Positions 40,546 to 55,955 of a DNA stretch of 64,000 nucleotides are shown one piece after another. This stretch comes from Aplysia californica (Eukaryota). How positions within the stretch are numbered: position 1 is the stretch's first letter; the number at the start of each line of letters is the position of its first letter. Location of the stretch: positions 298,746 through 362,745 of the forward strand of contig NW_004797399.1 of the NCBI RefSeq assembly GCF_000002075.1, given 5' to 3'. The notes beneath the pieces were generated by a model that had not been told where the DNA came from, did not search any database, and saw only the letters and a program-made list of their open reading frames with translations. The position numbers and the translations under genes were made by a program.

Positions 40546-43500
40546 CTACGCCAATAAGTCATCAATGTCTTGTAAGAGATCATCAATATCCTCATCCACA
40601 GCCGCAGCATTCTCCTCTTGAGCAAAATCTCCACCGTCTAACAAGGCAAACTCATCATCGAGAGACAGCCGAGATTTTTTCTTCACTATCCTGAAATGAT
40701 AAGATCAAAAATGTTCCAATTGAGTTAGAAATAGACAAGCAATTTCAGAAAAATTTTAACTAAAACGAAAGTATGGGGGAAAAAAGAAGGAACTAAAATC
40801 TAGTCAGCCAATTATTTCTTACTTTAAAGAAATATCTTCATAGACAAAATTTGACTTTGAGCCAATATTTTTGTGATATTACTATAAACATTACAAGACC
40901 TGATTTCAGCAGACGATGTATATTTCATGTCTTAGAGTAAGAGTACAAAAATACAGACATACATCAATCAATCTGAATACCTTGATGAGGGACAAACAAT
41001 ATCTATTGAAGAACAACACCAAAAAAAAACCCCACACACAAAGCCATTTTTAACCACAGAAAAACTTTGAGAAATTACCGAGACTTGATGTACACCTGCC
41101 CCCACCAAAACACTTAGCTTTTCATTAACCATCCTTCTCATTTAAAGTCTAAGGAATAAAGACAAAGCTCAGCCACAAAAGTACATTTGACGACTTCTGA
41201 ACCTAAAGGAATAAAACAGGTTAGACACTTCAACCAGTCAACATAGAAAAACCACAATAAAAGAAGTAGGGAGAGGTAACCGCTAAGCCCCAGTAGATAT
41301 CTGGAACAGATTATCGAGCATTACTTGTGTGATGGTTCCACCCTCAAGGTTTATTTCAAGGGCAGAACAAGTGGTCTCTTATCAAGATGCTGCAGTGATA
41401 GGCAATATTATAGGACAGAAAGGAAAAAACAATTCAGATCCATTTTGGATTTGTACCTTGACCTTCCATGTGGCCGATCAAATGTAAATCTATAGCACCA
41501 CAGTGGCAAATAAACCTAAAAGTGTGCTAAAAAAAAAAGAAAGAAAGAAAGAAAAAGGAAAAAAATAATATTTGGACAAGTCTCCGGCACTTACTCTGGT
41601 TCAACAGCAGCTGGAGACTTGTGTTTCACAGCAGATGAACTCGACACAACAGGAGCTGTGGCAGCGGACAGGGTGAGGCTCACGTCGCCCTGAGCAGGGA
41701 GGGGGGCGGCTGGCTGGATTGGTCTCTTGTTCTGAGGCACAGCTGCGGGGACTGAGAACGAGGGGGCAGCGTCGACGGCACTGGCCAAGGTTCTACGGTT
41801 ATTATCACTGCCCACCACGGGGTTAGAGTTCACAGATAACACTTTCGGTGATTTGAAAGGAATGGGTGAAGAACTGTCGGATAAATCCAATGATAACGAT
41901 AAAGAGTTGTCGTGTAAGTCCAAGATAGCGGCATCTTCTTCTGGCCTCTCGACGGACACTCTCTTCTTGAAAAGTTTCTTTTTTGGAGTAAATCCACCTT
42001 GGACTAGTGTCTTATTGCCAGTGTTGGGCAAGACTTTCTGTGTGGGAGGGACAACACTGGTGCTCGCAGAGGCTGCTCTGTTTTTAACAGTCACAGCTGA
42101 GCTCCCATGTGGCGGTTCGGGAACAGTGGGCTTGAGGCTGGAGACTGCTGTGGGCATGGGTTGTGACTTGACCCTTGATACAGGATCTGTGAATACAGAG
42201 AAAAAACAGATAATGAACTGCCTTTCTTTTCAATCAAAGTATTTCACGCTTCAAAAACTACAGCTAGCTTTGGCAGGAATAGGAGAGGGAAAAAAAGACG
42301 AAGACACAGACCACAATCTGAAAGCTTATTTTTTCTCTGTCAAGATTTGAGTTTTTCACCTCATAACTTTTACTTTTCAGTTCGTTATTTGTTGTAAAAA
42401 AAAATCATTATTGATTTCCTTTTTCATTCTTTTTTATTATTACTTTATTTCTTTTTTTCATTCCAACCAAGTTTCAAGAGTTGTTTTTTTTTCTTCAGAG
42501 TATGAGTTCTAATCAGCTGCCGAGAAATCTGTGGTGACTTTTATAAATAAACATTTGTAACATCATTTATCATCTCTGAAGGATTCACATTTACAGGAAA
42601 AAAGTCAGAACTGAAATCAATACAAGGCTAATACAATGAAAAAATATCAAAAGAATAAAGGACAGAAACAAGCTCCTACGAACCATATTAATATAAAACA
42701 GCAAAGGAAAATGCGTTGCTAAAATAACAGCCAAACACACAACTTTGGCAACTTTTAAAAACAAACTAGTAAAAAACCAACGGTGCATCCTTCATTTCCA
42801 TTTCAAGGGAAGTTTGTTTTGTTTTTTCTAATATGTCACTATTGAAAGCACTGTGAACACAAAATACAATTCTATCTCAAGAGCTTTTTGTAAGTGGACA
42901 CAACTTTACATATATATAAGGAAAAATATGTCATACCTTTTTCAAAAACAATGGGGCTTATGGGTACTCGAGATTTCAGAGGACTAGAGTTGAATGGTTT
43001 GACACCTGCTGTACTTTGCACCTTCACAGGGGCGCCCGAGGAAGAGAGGGCAGAACCAGGGGTACTAGAGGCTGCTTTCTGTGCCTGCATCTCCAACCTC
43101 CTCCGACGTTTCTCTGCCATGATTTCAGAAAATGACTTGATGGAAACCTCCGAGGATTCAGAAGTAGAGGCCTGAAAAGGGAAAAACAAGAGACATCAAG
43201 TTAAAAATAAGCAATATTGTACCCTGCTACTATGTCCTAAAATTCAAATCTCAATTCGAACGCTATATAAGGACATTTTTCTTTTTCACATGTTTTAAGT
43301 AAGAGTTATCGGGTATTCTTAAAATACCACCTTTTGTTGTTGGGAGGTTTCTCCCTGTGGATAAAAACTCTCTACTTTACGGCCTATGAGTGATTATTCA
43401 GTTACAATGTTTAGCCAAAACAAGGAGAACATGGTTGGAGAAAAGAAAAAAGTAATATGAAAATCACAAACCAAATTTAAAAATAAGACATTTCCCATTA

Positions 43501-46500
43501 TGTAATGAAAGCAGCCAAATATTTTATTACATTATTGTTTCAGCCATAACAGCACAATGGAACTTAACTTTTCCAGATGTCAGACTGTTAAAAACCAGAA
43601 AAATGGTTAAAAGAGGGAAAGATGAAGAAATCTGTGAGCAAGCATTCACTTTGCTGACAACAAACTAACAGTAAAAGCAGAATCACCGCTTTATTGTACA
43701 GCATTCCAAAACCACTATTTTTCAGAGACAAGTATAAATTTTTCTACGCTGATTGTTGCAGATCTCGGTGTACTTTGCCGTACAACCCTCCTCCTTTTGA
43801 AATACGTAGTTTGAAAGCATGGTTTATTACTCAACGCCTCTAGTAGATCTATGGAAATGTTATTCACTATTCAGTAAAAACAATACAAAACACAATTCAT
43901 GAGCACCAAAAACTTGGTACATATTTGCTCAAATTTTAAATAGACGTACCGGAGCAGCTGGCTCAGTGCTGACGTTTCCCAACCTGCTTCTGGCAGAAAC
44001 AGACACTGTGGGCTCAGCAAAAATTTTCCTTTCCATACCAGCACCAGAAGCAGCCGCCATCTCTGGACGTTTGACCATGCCGCCTTTCGAGGACAGAGAA
44101 AGCCCAGCAGACCACGCTGCGGCCATGGGATGAGGTCCCCTCTTCCTCCTGCCCTCACGCACAGCCGCAGCCGAGTCCTCTACCTCCGGGACTTCCACAG
44201 TTTCTGTCACATGAGACAAGGCTTGCGTGGGCTTCACCAAAGCAACTGCAACATTAAAAGTTTAGTTTGCTGAGAAGTGCTTACAGAGAAATCAAGCAAC
44301 ACACTGTACTTCATTAGAATTAGAGAGAAGCCCATTGCAATAACATCAGTCATTTAGTGTCAGGAAAAGATAACACAGGCAAAGTTTCAATACGTCTTGT
44401 TCCCACATCTCTTTCATTTGAATGGTGTGCCTGCCTCACTTTCAGAATCCGTAGCCATTTCATGAAAAACAGCTTCAGCCATACATTTTAAGTCTTCTCG
44501 TAGCTCTGATAAAAGGCATTAACCCTCATTCAAAAAAGAAATCCGCTAGAACAGTGCTTGTCAACCTTTTTTACAGCCAGTGTCCACTTTTTCAACCTTC
44601 TAAAGGCTACAATTTTCATATTTCTAAGCAAGGGAATAAATAACACTTGTAACTAACTTGCCTGTCACCCATCAAAATTACCAAATCACCCCCTAGTTGG
44701 TGATATTGCCCAGATTGGCAAGCACTGTGCTACAGTATACTGATTTGCCATTTCCTTGGTGTGAATGACATGAGTTTCTTTACTTGGAAACCTTTCATAT
44801 GGCAACTATAGATAAATTTCTTCAAAAGTACAAACAAATAAGCTGTATTTTAATTATTTACTCATCTAGACTTACCTGATTTTTTCAATGCTGGTGGCAT
44901 GTAAATTTGCCGCTCCCCTTTTGACTTCTTGTGTTTGTGTTTGTGCTTATGTTTACGAGACTTGGACGACTTCTTTCCTTCATCATCACCATCATCAAGA
45001 CCATCCTGGGCCTCTCCAGCTTCAAATTGAGCTGGACAAAAATAAATAAAAGACAAATGTAACACCCAAACTTACTCTTTCCCACATGCATACAATGGCC
45101 AGGATGCAAAAAATGATTTAAATAAAAACAAAAAACAGGTGTATATTCCAGACCCCACAAAGTTAATCACCTTTTTCCTCAAATGCACCACGGTGAGTTC
45201 TTCTCAGACATTTCAATGTGATGGGTTTTTTACACTCATATTTTTTTTTTAACCTACACTGTCCTGGTCTGTCCTAGTCAATCATCTGTTCAAGTTGCCC
45301 AGGTAAGTCGTTCTTGGTCTACCTCAGCATCTTTTCTCTTCTTTTTTTAAAAGTAAAAGCAATATATTCAAGGTCTTTCAAAAGAATTAACTGTCTCAAA
45401 AACCACCATTTTCCATTTTCAAAAGTTATCATTATATTCATCACGACAGAAAATAATTTAATTAATAGTACCTCAGGACATACACCTAGATTTCATGTAT
45501 CAGTTGTACAATTATGTAAATTTAAAAAAAGAAATACAGTCAAAGGAGCTGAGGATTCATGTAGCATGGAAAGGCATAAAGAGAAGCATACAAGGACACA
45601 ATCACTGCTATCTAGAACAAGGAGTAAGCAGGAAAGACAGAAACAACATACGCCTGCCAGTGGAATGCTCCAACAAACGTCTGAAAATCTATCAATCCCC
45701 TGATCCCCCCAACCAAACCGTGAGTTTTTAGATGGGCACACAACAACTTTGTCATAACATCACTCAACACTCCTCGGAGATGCACTTGACATTTGAAAAT
45801 GATCAACTCTGAGTACATCAGAAATACGTACACGTTTGAACGTCTTGGTCAGCTGCCAGGCTGTCACTTTCTTGACAGACAACTGTGAGGAGAAATAATG
45901 ATAAATAGAAAAGATCATGATTCATTATAAAACAATACTTCAGGGACAGTTCTTTCCAGGAATGAAGCAAAGGAGATTTTGACAGACACCATTATTAGTC
46001 TCACCCCATAAATCTTATTCTTATTAGTCCAGAACTGCTGTCCACTCTACCGAAAAACACAACAAATTAGACACACCCTACCCATTTCACTTCTTGGTCT
46101 TTAGTTTAGTTTAGTACGGGGTGTTACGGCGCTCGCAACTGCATTAGGTCATATGAGCGCGCCAAACACAAGTTAGTTTTATTCGCAGTTCACTGTACAG
46201 CTGGGTACGTGTCATTAGATCTTAAAACGTTAAAATTTTAAAAATTTGGTGTAAACATATATTTTCAATCTATAACAACTTTCATTTAAAAATGTAATAT
46301 TTCTTGGTCTAAGACAGAACAATTAAACAAAACCTCATTACTAACTGGACTAAAGACAGAAACAATTTGAGACCTGCCACATGAGATCTAAAACACACAT
46401 CAGAAAGACACAAAACTGGCAACTTGTCTCCACAAAAAGCGTCTTCTGTTTGTTAGTCACTTTCAATTTGGAACTTCCACAAAAAAATATATAGATTAAC

Positions 46501-49500
46501 TTCAGCATGTTCCCTCAATCAAACAGACAAGCAAATACACCTTAAATTTTTTTTAAATACCATAATAAAACTAGTGGCACATCATTTCAACAAATTCAAG
46601 ACTTACCGACTGGGCCCAGTCTTTGCTTTCTACTCTCTAACTTCTTTTGCAATGCTTTTCTTCTCAGCTGTGCAAAAGGGGACAAATTGTCAAGAGGTGA
46701 CTCGTCTGTCTCAACCTCTCTCTGCTTGCCAACTAGATCCAAGAAAAAACATGAGTAAATATATCATTTCATATTTCTGAGTACGTGCATTAGGAATACT
46801 TCTTGTCGTTGCAAACTACCTGGACAAATTTTTAGCTGCGGGGCTGAGAAAAATCAGAGATTGTAAAAGGCAGCTTCTGCCCCTCAATACTTTGAATGAC
46901 TTGGAGCATAACACAATGATAAAATAAGATATTATGAAACATCTTGGCAAGACCATCACAAGTATCCTCTCTGTTCATTACTCCTACATTAATGTTTATT
47001 TCTGTTTCCTCTACTGCACAGAAATAGAATGACAAGCAGTTTGTATTATTGCAATTCTCAGTGAGCTCTCTTTCCAAGTGGAAATGCACTATATGTACTA
47101 GCAATTTGTCATTGCTACACACACAGCAATACAAACAACACATTCAAGTTTTCCTGGATCGTCACAGGCACAAAGAGTACCATCTTCAAAAAAAATGTTT
47201 CTGAACTTAACAAAAGAAAGACATTTACTTTCAATCTCAGTTATATTCTGCTGGAAAGCCATAATCACTAATTTCTCTACGCTTCCATCAAACATTACCC
47301 CAAAAAAATAGCAAAATAGATGTTCTCAAAGTAATACTTAAAACGGGGCGCTCAAATGACCTTATGCAGTTGCAAGCGCCGTAAAACACTTACCAAAAAA
47401 AAAAAAAACCATTACTTTAAATTATGCAGTCCTCAAACAAGCTTCACTATGACTATGAATATATAGATTTTGGGACAATCTACAAGGGCAGATAACGGGC
47501 ACAGAAAAATAACAATAACAAGATAGCATCAACGAACAACCTAACATGTACAAACACGTACACAAGTTCGAGTCCAATTCCACAGAAAATTCAGGCCCTT
47601 TTATAACAGTTTTACGCTCATCTCCTCCATCTTCCACAAGGTTGCGCTTCTGAGACTTCCAAGGTCTCCGCTTTTGCTTCTTTTGGTCTTCAGAAGATTT
47701 GACTGCAGTCTCAATTTCCATTTTGGTGTCTGGTTCTGTCAAAACAGCAGTGAACTTCAATTTAAAAAACTTAACTAGAAGACAAAAAACACATTGAACC
47801 ACATCGCACGACTTTTCTCTCAATTTCCCTTAGATATCACCAGAATAAAATCTGCAATATCACAAATCAAAGTCATGTAATTTTTCTTTCCTTTTTTCCC
47901 CTGTTAAAATCAACTTTTACACAAAATCTGCAAGAGATGAAAAGCAACTAACCTTGTTGATAACTACCAAAAAGCAGAATAAAATGAATCATTTTAAGGA
48001 ATGTAAATTTTTGTTTGGACTATCAGAAGATTGAGTACTTTATTGGACAGTAAGAAAAGCTTGCCATGACATTATTACAATTTTGAGGATACCACTTCCC
48101 TTTAATACCAGAGATTTATAAAAAGCACAACATTATGGACACAATGTTTCACAATGAAGGGAGGCTCCCACACCATTTCCGACCAAGAATCATCAACAAA
48201 ACAGCGACAAACCTGTAACAATCATCACTTGTCTTCCTCTTTCACTGGGTTCCTCATCCTTGTCAAAGGTCGACATGTCAAGTCTTTTTCTTACAGGAGA
48301 CAAGTTCAAGGAACCTGAGGAGTAACATAGAAATTAATGGCATTTTGTTCTTGCAAGGTATAGTTTTGCCCAGAGCTGGCCTGTGTAACTAACACAACCT
48401 GCCATGAACGATTTGTAAAACACCACCAAATCAAGAATAAAAGTTCAGCTAATCACATGCAACTTATGACCATCACAAAATGTAAGATGTTGAAATTTTT
48501 AGTCACATGGCTAGATCAGCTCAGCAAAGAGAGATGGGGACAAGTAATAATATTTCTGAAAGAGTTGATCTGCTGAGACAAAAATTCAGATAACTAGATC
48601 TATAGATGACACAGATAAATTTCTCTCTATCACACACTTTTTTTCTAGTACTTCTTTGTTCTCCAAAAAAATATCCAAATGAGTGCAAAAACAAAAAACT
48701 GAATGGAAATGCAGAAGTCGGGGGGGGGATGTATATTGACAGACTTAGCAAACCTACCGGGGCCTTCTTCCGCAGCCATCTTTCTTATCTTCTCACGACG
48801 AATCTCTTCCAGAGTCTTCACCTTCACATCCGACAAAGGATCAGACTCATCTTCCGACTCCATGGCCTGCTCCGGAGCGGTTTTCAACACCGTCTTCCTG
48901 GGAGAACCTTCACCGGCCGAGTGCACGCCCGCGTCGTGGGCTTCCACCAGCCGCGACGCTCGAGCCAACACCCCAGAGGTGGCCATGTCTGCTGTGGACT
49001 TTCCCAGCCGGTCTCGAATGCTCAGACGTTTGTGAGCACCAGGTACGATGCCATCTGAATCATAGTCCATATTGATCACTCGCTTCTTGCTTTCCTTCAA
49101 TGCTTTCTTCCCCAGAGACTCCAGCGCTCCAGAGAAGAGGCGGTTCTGAGATTTCACTTTCTTGCCTGTTTTACCTACTCTCCCAGTCACACTTCTGTGA
49201 ATAGCACTCTCCGCCATTTGAGCTTGAAGTTTTTTCTTAGCCAGAAGACTTGCTTTTGCTGAAACAAGGAAGATCAAATACATACGTTACCTTTAATGTA
49301 CCCATCATTTGTGTACAGTCAAACATCAAAGAACAAGAGGAAACACCATGACTGTAAATTTCTGTTAGCATTGAGACTTCCACATGGTATTCAAAATATG
49401 AGAAGAAATTGCTATGTGTAATGCCTCTTCCAACTATGTTTTCAATATATATATTAGTACATCAAAGTAACGACCCAAGAGTGAATGACAATTTCTTTTT

Positions 49501-52500
49501 AATGGAACCTACGACAAACTTTAACAAAATATTTTTCACAAAAGAAAGCACAGAGAGTGCAAAGATTATTCAATAATCTTGAGAGAGAGCAAAAGAAACT
49601 GGGAGCATGGAGCAATGGAGACAGAGACATGCAGACACAGAGACAAGAAAAAGAAGCGAGTAACAAATACAAATGCTTACTGTAAGACTCCGCAATACGC
49701 CATTTTGAAAAGTGACATACGACAAAGTCTGACTCTGAGTTGTCAAATATATTTCAATCAATAACCTAGATTAGGTTTCGCTCAGAACACAAAGTATATA
49801 ACTACCTCTTCTCCTTGCAGCTTTCTCGGAGTCTACATCAACCACAACTCTGCGCACATCAGGCTCTGCAGACCAGAAGAGATCAAAATGTTAGAGGGAA
49901 ACACAGGAAATCTTTTAACAATATATAACACAAAATGGCAACCTATCAAAACACTCTATTCACTCTAACACCTGCCAACCACTCGATGAACAAAAATTCA
50001 AGTCTTCTTAGTCCTGAAAAAAAAAAATCAGTCAGGGTCTCCAAAACCCCTTTAGATTAAGATTACATCACAAACCAGAAGTGGGAAGTAAATGTGTTTT
50101 TAGCAAACACGCAAAAAGAAGTGCAAATATAAATGTGTATTTTCACACAATTTAAGATAAGCTGCACACATATTGCTACCTGCTGATTTTATCAGAATAC
50201 TAGGCAGTCTGCACTCCTTAGACAAGTAAGAAAAGAAAAACATTACGATGGATAAAAATTACCAGCGACACAGCTCTTCATATTATAAAACCCAAAATAA
50301 ATACTGAAAAAACTGAAGCAATTGGATGTCATTAAAGAGAAACGTATGAACACTTTGTGTTTGGAGCAAAGGACAAAGCAAACAGAAAGACAGCAATTAC
50401 GGAGAGAAAAATCTGCCGGATACAAAGCCCTAAAACCCCTGCCATCTACTCAAAATTAGCGCAAAGTTCCTTACCAAAGTCGTTTGAGTCCTCCGAGTCT
50501 TCCTCCTCGCTAGTGTCCGATGAAGAGGAGTCGGAAGATTCTGACGAGGAGGATGACGATTCATCCTCGTCTTCTGATTCTTCATCTTCAGGCTCTTTCC
50601 TTTTCAAAGCTGGGACAGACTTTCTCACTACCTTCACCGTTTTAGTAACAGGTCGCACTTGCTTCGTACCAAGCCCTTGTTTCTGAAGTCCTCTTGTAGT
50701 TAATGTCTTCACATTTCCAGACTTTGGAGTTGACACTTTAGATTTTTCTGTGGGTAAAGGTTCCTTCCCAGCAGCAGCTGTATGTGAAGAAACAATACCT
50801 CTTTGAGATTGTGTCAATGCAACACAACTAAAAATCAAAACTTGTTTCCAGTAACACTTTTTCACACTAATCCATCCTCCTGAAATAATCTAAATCATCA
50901 AAGCTTTGAACAAAAAATGGAAGCTGACGCAATAATTTGTTGACCTGTAATTATGAAACTAGTAATATAACTCGCAAATCTATATTGGACAGTATTTATA
51001 ATCATTCAGTTTCAACAAAACATGTCTGAACTCCTGAAAAAAATGTGTATTTTTTGTCAAATATTAAATGAATACACATATAACAGGTGAAAACATACCC
51101 CTCTTTTTCATCATGGACTCCAGGGCTTTTTGCCGAAAAATCTCTTCCATTGACATGACTTTGATGTTTTCAATTGAATCATCAGAATCTGTAAAGGAGA
51201 AGAATCACGAATGTGTATGCTTTCTACTTTCTGAACTAATGAACATGAGTGTAGGTATGCAGATTAAGAAACAACATCAGAAGCACAACCTTAGACAACA
51301 TGGTCCCAGTGAAAATGAACACAAAGAACAAAAGACTTGATCTCAAATGTTATTTTAAGACATATCACTTCATATTAAGCAAGCATTAAAATCCTGCAAA
51401 CATCACTGCAAGACATAGGACCCATACTTCACTGGAATAACAGAACCTTCCAACATAAACTCTGTAAAATTTTACTGATTTTCAGCCAACAACGTACGCT
51501 CCAGATACAAACAAACAAAAAAAAACAGCTGGAGGCAGAGATGTTAAAGATTTTATACCTCGAACAAAAATGTGGAAAAGTTAACTAAAACAAAAATAAA
51601 TAAACTGACATTAACAAAAATTACAAATTACAAACCTTCAGCACTTGATTCAACATGGTCCTTTTCAGCATTCCCTTGAACTTTGGCCACGTTCTTTGTG
51701 GTTGCTGACCCCAAACGATCTTTGACATTCTGACGAGGAGGTACTTTAGTCCCAGCCTTCTTTTCAGCACCAGCTTTCGGCTTTAGCATTTTCTTTCCTT
51801 TGACAGCAGTACCTGCAGTGCCCACTTTTTTCTTAACAGCACCAGGTTTTTTCTTCGCTACCACTTTCTTTCCTTTGACAGTACCTGCACTCAGTTTCTT
51901 AACTTTCTTCACTTTTGGTTTGCCTTCTGCAGAAGGTGCTGGGCTTTTGTTAACTTTTTCAGATTTCACATTCAAGTTGTCAGTCTTATCTGTCTCAAAA
52001 CCCCCAATCTCTTCTTTAACCCCTTCTGTTTTATTAAGACTGGCTTGCACATCTTTGAGGTCAGCTTTAGATTCTTGTGTTTGTCCATTTTCACGGCTGC
52101 TCACATTAGGGGGTCGCTTGATTGGTGAAGAATTACTCTCTTCAGATTCTGAAAGACACACAGGCTTCTTTTCATAAGCTCGGTATGAATCAAACATTGA
52201 GTCATTTTTAGTGACATAAACAAACTACTCCAGACCAGTACTAAACTCTGTCAATCAGGAGTATTTTTCATTGAAACAAGAATTTAAAAGATGCCTAAAA
52301 ATGTTAGACACAATCTTTAATAAGCACTTCATGCACTTAATTGGGCTTTAGTCCCTCCCAGTCATAATAAATAAAAAATCTCATTTTCAGTCTTTTAAAT
52401 CGAATGCTTTATACTATCATAATAATCTAGGGACACAATACTGGGAGGAGACAAAAGTGAGCGAAATTTAGTAGATATGGTAATTAACAATAGCCTTTCA

Positions 52501-55500
52501 AATAGGTATACAACAGAGCACAAATGTATAATATTGACAGGGGAAAAACTACAAGTGACAAATGTTTGATGAACTTAAAGAGCAACACGGGCAGGAAACG
52601 TTTTAGCCTCCTTCTCAAAAGGTGACAGCCAGTGGCTCCACTCTTCTAGATGTACTAAAAGAGCTTTGAATGTACTTTGAAATTATACCATATATTTGGC
52701 TCATAACTGTATAGATTCACTTAGAATCTTCCCTGAAACGTTATTGAAACAACACCACCGAACATTTGTGATGTGGAAACAACAAAAACAATAGGCAGAA
52801 ATAAAAGAGACAAGACAAAAAAACAGATGAAATTTTTTTAAAAAGAAAAAGTTGAATCCCTCCAGCCACTCAGAAAATGAAAAAACTTCCCACTGCCATA
52901 TTATTTCAAACAAAGACAGCTATAATGGAAATTAGACGACACACACACAGTAAGAGCCATAACTTTCCAGTACCTGCTGGCTGAATGATGACTGGGGGGA
53001 CCTGAGGGACGGAGAACTTGCCGGAAGAGCTCTCCTCAGCTACTGGAGCAGTGACGGCAGCTGTAGCTGAAACAAACAGACAAGAACAATAACATTACGG
53101 TTAAATAAGTTCAGGATGAATACTTGCAGCGTACTCAACATTTTCGTTTACAAAGAAAGATGAACAGCATAACTCCATAACACTTAGAAACATAAACAAG
53201 AAACTACAACGATCATAAAAATATCCCTTCTGTTTCAAAAATGTTAATCTCTGTATGAAAGAAGTGTTAGTCTTTTCAACAGAGAAGAGCATTTCAGAGA
53301 TAGGTCAAGGTTCAATTTCCACGAAAACTCCCTAGCTTCCAAAGTGCCCCCCAACAAGCACTCAAACCAAGGCCATCCACACCTACGTCAACAATTACCA
53401 AACATGGGAGAACAGAGAACCTCATGCTTGCTTCTCCCTCTTTCAATTCCTTTCATGTACATAATCATACAACCACTCTTTTATATACACATAAGATTAA
53501 TTCAGTAAAAGCCACTTTTTTTAAAGTATGAAATGAATGAAGAGTCTTAACAAGCATTACATAAAATGTTGTTACAAGTCATAACAGCTGTAGAAAGAAA
53601 CATGTTGGTCCAACAGTAAAAGTCGAACAGATATACTAGTCAAGACACTTCAGTCACCTCTAATTTCCCTTCCAGCACTCGTGAACAAACAAGAATGTGT
53701 CACAACATGGTGGAATCAGGCGCTCGTCAATTTTTGGGAAAATGGGGTTATTGGTATTATCTAAAAGCCTGTTCATTTGCCCTCCTTTGGGTGAAAAAAA
53801 TATTCATCTCTTTTTAGTAGAAGTCGAAATATTTGCGACTGAAGGAGGTCATGGTCGACTGGTTTCAGAGGTACAATTAGCGAGAAAATGGCCGCCAAAG
53901 TTTGGTAACTTCCTTAGCCCCAGAGTCCTTGGAAACTGAAAATTTACATTTTTTGTGCCTTTAATCAATGTATTTAAGTAAAATCCACGCGCAAATGTTT
54001 TTAAATTGACATAAAATGTGTTTTCTTTGAATTCATTATTTTGAAAAGCGCCTGATTTCACCATGTTGCCTCACATGAACTTTTTCCTCTGCACAATAAA
54101 ACAGAACAAGAACAAAACGCACCTGGCTGTGTTGAAGTGACAATGTCGCTGGTCGGTCTCGGTTTGACATGCTTGAAACCACAGTTAGCTTTTGTGCATC
54201 CACTCGGTTGACTCTCCCAAAAGCATGCGACTTCCGTCTTCCCCACTGGGACCTACAATAACAACAACACATAGAGGCAAAGGTAAAAAAGGGACAATTG
54301 TCCTTGTTTAATGCAAAATTTAAACATGAATCCCTCCATAGTAGGACAATTATTTTGCCTTGATGATAAAATGAATTTTTTGTTCTTGGTGTCTTGTTTC
54401 TCTAGCCCAGTCACTTAAATACACTTTGTTCCAAGTAAATTTGCCAGGAGCACTTCCCCCTGCAAACATAAGTATTAAAACTTTCGAACAAAACTTTCCG
54501 TTCTAAGGAAAACCAGCGTAAAAATCTCTGGCACAGAGTATCTTTGTGTGGAGGTACAGTTTAGCTGAGGAAGCAATGTCTAACGTTCAACAATGTCATT
54601 ATCATCTCCCTCCATTGCACTTGCATCAGTGTCCTAACAATCAGCACTACTTTCTATAGCTTCTTCACCTTTCAGCTGTGTAGGTTCACTTTGCCATAAT
54701 TCACACTATTAAAATCAACTGACCTACATTCAACTGGGCACTAAAATTATTTGATCCAAGTGTTAGATTATCTGAAAGGGCTCACAAATCCCCCCCCCCC
54801 TCCCTAAACATTATTTTTGCAAGGGAAGCCACATGGACAATATGTCACAGTCGGTTTTCAAGAGGTATCACTACAATTACAGAATCTCTATGTGTGAGCA
54901 GCTCCAAACAAATAATGACGTTTGGGTTTTTTCATAAGAGTTTTACGGCACTTGCAACACAATAAAGTCATACAAGTGCCGAAGATTTATGGTGTTACAA
55001 GGGAGTAACAAACACAAAAAAAGAAGGGAGAGAAAGATGATAGATGTTTGATAGGAAAGAAGGAGCAAACCACATCAGAGCACACGGCAATCACCCACAA
55101 ATAAATTATGAGCACAAGGAATCTCCTGTGTGCATTACCATATGTGGTAACAAATGGGAAGAATTATCCTCTGCCAACAAGGTCACGAAAGGTGCATTAA
55201 CAATATTTGACACATTCAAATTATCATGAACACACAATTTCAAGCAATACGCTTATCAAACAACTCACATCACATGGAATGACTTACAACTTCAAAACTT
55301 GAATGCCTGAATTTGCACATAGGTCTGTAGCATCCTCCCATCTGCCAGTGCTGACAAATTATTCTGTTAGACTTTGCAGCTTCAACATGTCGGAATGGAC
55401 ATGCACTGCCCTATAGAGACAAAATGAAAATTGCTTAGTATTATTATTAAAATTTGAGTGACGAGAAATTTAAACTTACTTGTATGCTTCTTACAACAGT

Positions 55501-55955
55501 TCTGACATTGTTTCATATATTTCCACAGATAAAAAACAACTTTTGACAAGAAAATAAAGTGTGTAGGTGTAGGTGTGGGTGTGTCTGTGTGTGTGTGTGT
55601 GTGGGTGGGTGGGTAGGTAGGGAGGAGGAAAGGACTTTCACAACTTTCAAAAGAGATAAAACCAGAGGCAATTTTTCTTTCTTCAGGCATTATAATTTTG
55701 TATCTTGTACTGTAAAAATGCAAAACACGCAACTAAGCCCTTGTAAACAGAGTGAACCCCTTTTATTACCTTGTCTGAAAAATGGTGTTTTTAACTCCAT
55801 AGTAGCCTCCCAAATGACATTGTCAGGTTATGATATGGATTCCTGCTTGCCAAGAGATATTTTCCCAACAATAAAACACTGTACACACAACCCATACTGA
55901 CCTTAGCACAGGTCGACGTGAAGAAGAAATAGCAGTCATCCCCAAGGGTTGCCAT
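40546..55955 (-). CDS. ZC3H11A: Zinc finger CCCH domain-containing protein 11A-like (three N-terminal CCCH fingers, long disordered region, acidic C-terminal helix), about 1247 aa
   Basis: Predicted exons 55902-55955, 55288-55410, 54123-54252, 52974-53066, 51636-52148, 51099-51188, 50475-50777, 49806-49865, 48758-49258, 48213-48314, 47562-47735, 46607-46732, 45832-45882, 44876-45031, 43950-44245, 42937-43171, 41595-42186, 40546-40690; phases consistent, middle exons less certain. The N-terminus [26 protein letters not shown]...CQHWQMGGCYRPMCKFRH...CFWESQPSGCTKANCGFKH and C-terminus DEDIDDLLQDIDDLLA* match human ZC3H11A as I recall it. Confidence 0.92.
53696..54075. mobile_element. MITE with TG...CA ends in a ZC3H11A intron
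   Basis: CAACATGGTGGAATCAGGCGCT...AGCGCCTGATTTCACCATGTTG inverted repeats. Confidence 0.75.

Noticed and set aside
46988-47013. 26-nt micro-exon of ZC3H11A
   Set aside because: It is not needed: the acceptor at 46732 gives an in-phase 126-nt exon directly.
41853-52177. Long + strand ORFs (41853-42350, 48606-49058, 50357-50686, 51800-52177)
   Set aside because: They are antisense shadows of ZC3H11A exons.
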